From an uncultured Gemmataceae bacterium (lineage in GTDB: Bacteria; Planctomycetota; Planctomycetia; Gemmatales; Gemmataceae), in the NCBI GenBank assembly GCA_963750165.1, contig CAVVPN010000011.1, positions 1,376,001 through 1,440,000 of the forward strand: a DNA stretch of 64,000 nt, read 5' to 3'. Shown here one piece after another: positions 60,830 through 64,000 of this stretch. Each line of letters begins with the position of its first letter. Within the stretch, counting starts at the first letter, position 1. Under the pieces are notes generated by a model. The model made no database searches, was not told where the DNA came from, and worked only from the letters and a program-made list of their open reading frames with translations. The translations under genes were made by a program, and so were the position numbers.

Positions 60830-60951
60830 GCCAGCCTCCTTTCACGCAGGGCGGCCAGGCAGCGCGCCACGGCGCCGCAGACGACGCCGATCAGTAGCGT
60901 CAGCCCACACAGGAGGATTTCGTCCTCCACCAACATGTCATGCAAATCCAT
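60826..60951 (-). CDS. 41-aa single-TM microprotein, first ORF after the riboswitch (not in the ORF track)
   Basis: MDLHDMLVEDEILLCGLTLLIGVVCGAVARCLAALRERRLA; SD GGAGG; acidic N-terminus, TM, basic C-terminus. Confidence 0.7.
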   Translation of the reverse strand: MDLHDMLVEDEILLCGLTLLIGVVCGAVARCLAALRERRLA

Positions 60952-61141
60952 GTGCCACGTCCTCCGGGCCGGCGCGCGAGCGCGGCGGCAGTGAGAAAAC
61001 TCGGGAACGTCTCGGCGGAAAGGGAGTGTCAGCGGGAAGGGTGGTCCTGAAAGCGATGGCGCAGCCCCAGGAGGGGTGGCCGAAGAACCCGTTCGTACAC
61101 TATGCTCCCGTAGCCCGATCCGCGAGATTACGGCGGAGCGA

Positions 61142-61262
<121 letters not shown>

Positions 61263-61347
61263 CGTGTCCGTGTCGCTATGAGTGTATCGGACTTCGGCGG
61301 GATGGCAACCGCCCACGCGAAGCACCAGGCCGCGGATGATGGTAACT

Positions 61348-61419
61348 TTCCTGCGAGCGGGGTCGCGTCAGCGCCCCGTGCTCTTCCACGGGGCGCTGAC
61401 GCGACCCCGCTCGCAGGAA
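61348..61419. repeat. REP-like doublet between pfk and the cob leader
   Basis: TTCCTGCGAGCGGGGTCGCGTCAGCGCCCCGTG and its reverse complement. Confidence 0.9.
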
Positions 61420-61464
61420 CATGAGCAACCACCCCGACCGCGTGCTTGACCGATGTGGTTCAGC

Positions 61465-62648
61465 TCAATCCCCGAAGTTGGTGCCGACGTGCCGCGCCGC
61501 CTGGATGAGTGGATGGTCGGCCGGCACCAGCTTGAGCTTGCCGGCGACCTGCTCCAGCGGCACGGACGTCACCTCCGACCCCTTCATGCACACCATGCGG
61601 TTGTACTCGCCGCGCGCCAGCATCTCCGCCGCGTGGGTGCCGAAGCGCGTCGCCAGGATGCGGTCAAACGGCGTCGGAATGCCGCCGCGCTGCAGGTGGC
61701 CGAGCACTGTCACGCGCGTCTCGATGCCCAGCCGCTTGCTGACCGCCTTGGCCACCGCCAGGCTGGCGCGGCCCTCGGACTCGGCACTGACATCCGCGGC
61801 CGGCGGCGTACCGTTCTGGCCGTCCGTTTCGCCCTTGTTCTTCTTGCCCTTCTTCTTTTTCTTGTCCCCGCGGTCCGCCGCCGCGGCCAGCGCCGCCGCC
61901 ACCGCCTCCGGCGCCTGCGCTGGCCGTTTCGGCAGCGCCCCTCCGCCACCGCCACAATGCTGAACCATTTGCCGCGCCGCCGCCGCTCCGTCAGGTGCTG
62001 GCAGATGCTGTCCAGGTCGTAGGGGATCTCCGGGATCAGGATGATGTCGGCGCCGCCGGCCAGGCCCGCGGACAGCGTCAGCCAGCCGGCCTTGTGGCCC
62101 ATCAACTCAATCACCATCACGCGCAGGTGCGCCTCCGCCGTGGAGTACAGGCGGTCGATGGCCTCTGCCGCCGTCGTCATCGCCGAGTCGTGGCCGAAGG
62201 TCGTGTCGGTCTCGGCCAGGTCGTTGTCGATGGTCTTGGGCAGGCCGAGCACATTCAGGCCGTGCTTCATCAGCGAATACGCGACCTTGTGTGTGCCGTT
62301 GCCGCCCAGGCACACCAGGCAGTCCAGGCCGAGGCGGTTATAGGTCTCGACGGCGCGCGGCGTCAGATCGACAGTTTCGCCGTTGGGCAGCGGCATCTTG
62401 TGCGGCTTCTCGCGGCTGGTGCCGAGGATGGTGCCGCCCAGCGACAGGATGCCGGAGACATCGTGCAGGTGCAGCACGCGCGAGTGGTTCTCGACCAGGC
62501 CGCGGAAGCCCTTCTCGATGCCGATGACCTCGATGTGGAAGTCGCTGATGGCCGACTTGGCCACGCCGCGGATGGCCGCGTTCAGGCCCGGACAGTCGCC
62601 GCCACTGGTCAGGATGCCGATGCAACGGGCGCCCTTGGTGTCTGGCAT
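61465..62648 (-). CDS. pfkA: 6-phosphofructokinase (PfkA family) with a Lys-rich insertion; apparent frameshift near 61940
   Basis: [48 protein letters not shown]. Confidence 0.92.
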
Positions 62649-62658
62649 GGCTGGTTAC

Positions 62659-63324
62659 TCACTGCTTCTCGATCTTCTTCTGGTACGCTTCCCACTCCGC
62701 GCGATCAACGCGGCCATCGCGGTTGGTGTCGATCTGGTCGAACACCTTCTCCCATTTGGTGCCCTTGAGTTCGGCACGGCTCAGGCGGCCGTCGGCGTTC
62801 TTGTCCAGGGCGTCGAAGTCGGCGGTCATCGGCGCCCCCTGGGCGCCCGCCGCCAGGAAGCGCGCCACCACCAACCGCAGTTCGCCGCGGTCCAGGAAGC
62901 CGTCCTGGTTCAGGTCCAGCGCCGCGAAGTTGTCGGCGATCTTGCCGCGCGCCTCCGCCTTGCTGACCTTGCCGTCCTTGTCCCTGTCGAACTGGGCCAG
63001 CAGCTTTTCGACGAACTTCTCCACCTGCGGCGGCGGCGTCAGCATCACGCGCAGCGTCTGCAACAGCTGGGCGACTTCCTGGCGGCTGAGTTTGCCGTCG
63101 CCGTTTTGGTCCGCCCGGGCGAAGATTTTGGCGAAGCCCTCGGGCAGCTCATTCTTGGTGAGGAAACCGTCCTTGTTCTTGTCGAACTGCTTGAGGAAGG
63201 CGTCGGCGTCGAGTTTGAGCAACTCGGCCAGTTGGGGCGGCAGTTTTTTCTGGCCCGGCTGCGCGGGCAGGGAGCCGGTGGCGCAGAGCATCAGGGCGAT
63301 GGCGAGCAGGCAGACGCGGTTCAT
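62659..63324 (-). CDS. Secreted multi-EF-hand protein
   Basis: Signal peptide; six DxNxDG/DxDxDG loops. Confidence 0.9.
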   Translation of the reverse strand: MNRVCLLAIALMLCATGSLPAQPGQKKLPPQLAELLKLDADAFLKQFDKNKDGFLTKNELPEGFAKIFARADQNGDGKLSRQEVAQLLQTLRVMLTPPPQVEKFVEKLLAQFDRDKDGKVSKAEARGKIADNFAALDLNQDGFLDRGELRLVVARFLAAGAQGAPMTADFDALDKNADGRLSRAELKGTKWEKVFDQIDTNRDGRVDRAEWEAYQKKIEKQ

Positions 63325-64000
63325 GGTCGGTCCTCTTTGTTAAATACCGGCGATTCCGCGGCCTGCTGGCGGCGTTCCCACTCCGCCAGCAGGCCGCAGG
63401 CGTCGCTGAAACCGAGGTCGTCGAGCGGCACTTGCCCTTTCCAGGGCTGTGGCGGCGGCGGATCCGGCCTTCTCAGGCGGCGGACGGCGCGGCTCGCGAC
63501 GAGGCGCTGGGCCGGCGTCAACCCCGGGAACAGGTCACGGATCTGCACGCCGATGGTGGTGCTCGGGATGAGGGGGTGGCGCCTGTTGCGCGTGTAGATG
63601 GCGTAATAATACAACACCAGGTCCGTCAGCCGATAAGGCTGGTCGATCAGGTGGCAGTCGGCATCGTGCCGCCAGTCCTCGTTGCGAAAATTCACGTCCA
63701 GCAGCAGCACGTCCGGCCAGTAGCGCTGTACGTACTTCGCGTCCGTCCGGCACAGCTGCACGATGCACCACAAATACAGCTCGTCGTAGGAGCGTTCCTC
63801 GAAGGGCGAGAACTCGTCAAGCAGGATGCCCAGCATTTCCTCGATATTCGGGTAGCCCAGCCGCCGCAGCGTCTCGACGAGGTACAGGAAACTGCCGATG
63901 TCGCTGAGGCGCATCTCCGGCGCGGGGCTGCGGAGGGCGTCGGCGATGGGGCGGCGCAGTTGCCAGAAACGGTCGAGCAAGATCGGGCGCAGTTCGTGCA
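63321..64000 (-). CDS. Hypothetical protein, 5' end beyond the window
   Basis: Open frame with host-like codons; stop overlaps the EF-hand gene start (ATGA). Confidence 0.7.
   Translation of the reverse strand, partial: HELRPILLDRFWQLRRPIADALRSPAPEMRLSDIGSFLYLVETLRRLGYPNIEEMLGILLDEFSPFEERSYDELYLWCIVQLCRTDAKYVQRYWPDVLLLDVNFRNEDWRHDADCHLIDQPYRLTDLVLYYYAIYTRNRRHPLIPSTTIGVQIRDLFPGLTPAQRLVASRAVRRLRRPDPPPPQPWKGQVPLDDLGFSDACGLLAEWERRQQAAESPVFNKEDRP

Overview
GC-rich bacterial DNA that looks like a Planctomycete of the Gemmataceae type (DUF4058, TIGR02996, SEC-C/TPR, planctomycete-style ECF sigma and LRR genes). The first 40 kb is a mixed chromosomal region: ABC permease, DUF4058, an Rpn nuclease followed by a degenerate stand-alone copy of its C-terminus, a FolK-SDR fusion whose SDR lacks the catalytic Tyr, galE/ABC genes, a DUF433/DUF5615 toxin-antitoxin pair, TPR-peptidase, M42 peptidase, an enolase-superfamily enzyme, a complete ISKra4-family IS, and LRR and CBS genes. 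From 40.1 to 61.3 kb is a ~21 kb minus-strand cobalamin operon headed by a cobalamin riboswitch. It opens with two unannotated His-containing single-TM microproteins and a CobN carrying an N-terminal Cys-rich ferredoxin-like domain, and it mixes early-insertion genes (cbiX, cbiD, cbiG) with late-insertion/aerobic genes (cobN, ChlI/D-type ATPase, bluB). Intergenic DNA holds at least eight kinds of palindromic or inverted-repeat elements; some are nested, some sit in frame inside genes, and one exactly fills a stop-to-start gap. About a dozen genes carry small frameshifts, most likely long-read consensus errors. All calls are by eye from motifs; no searches were run.
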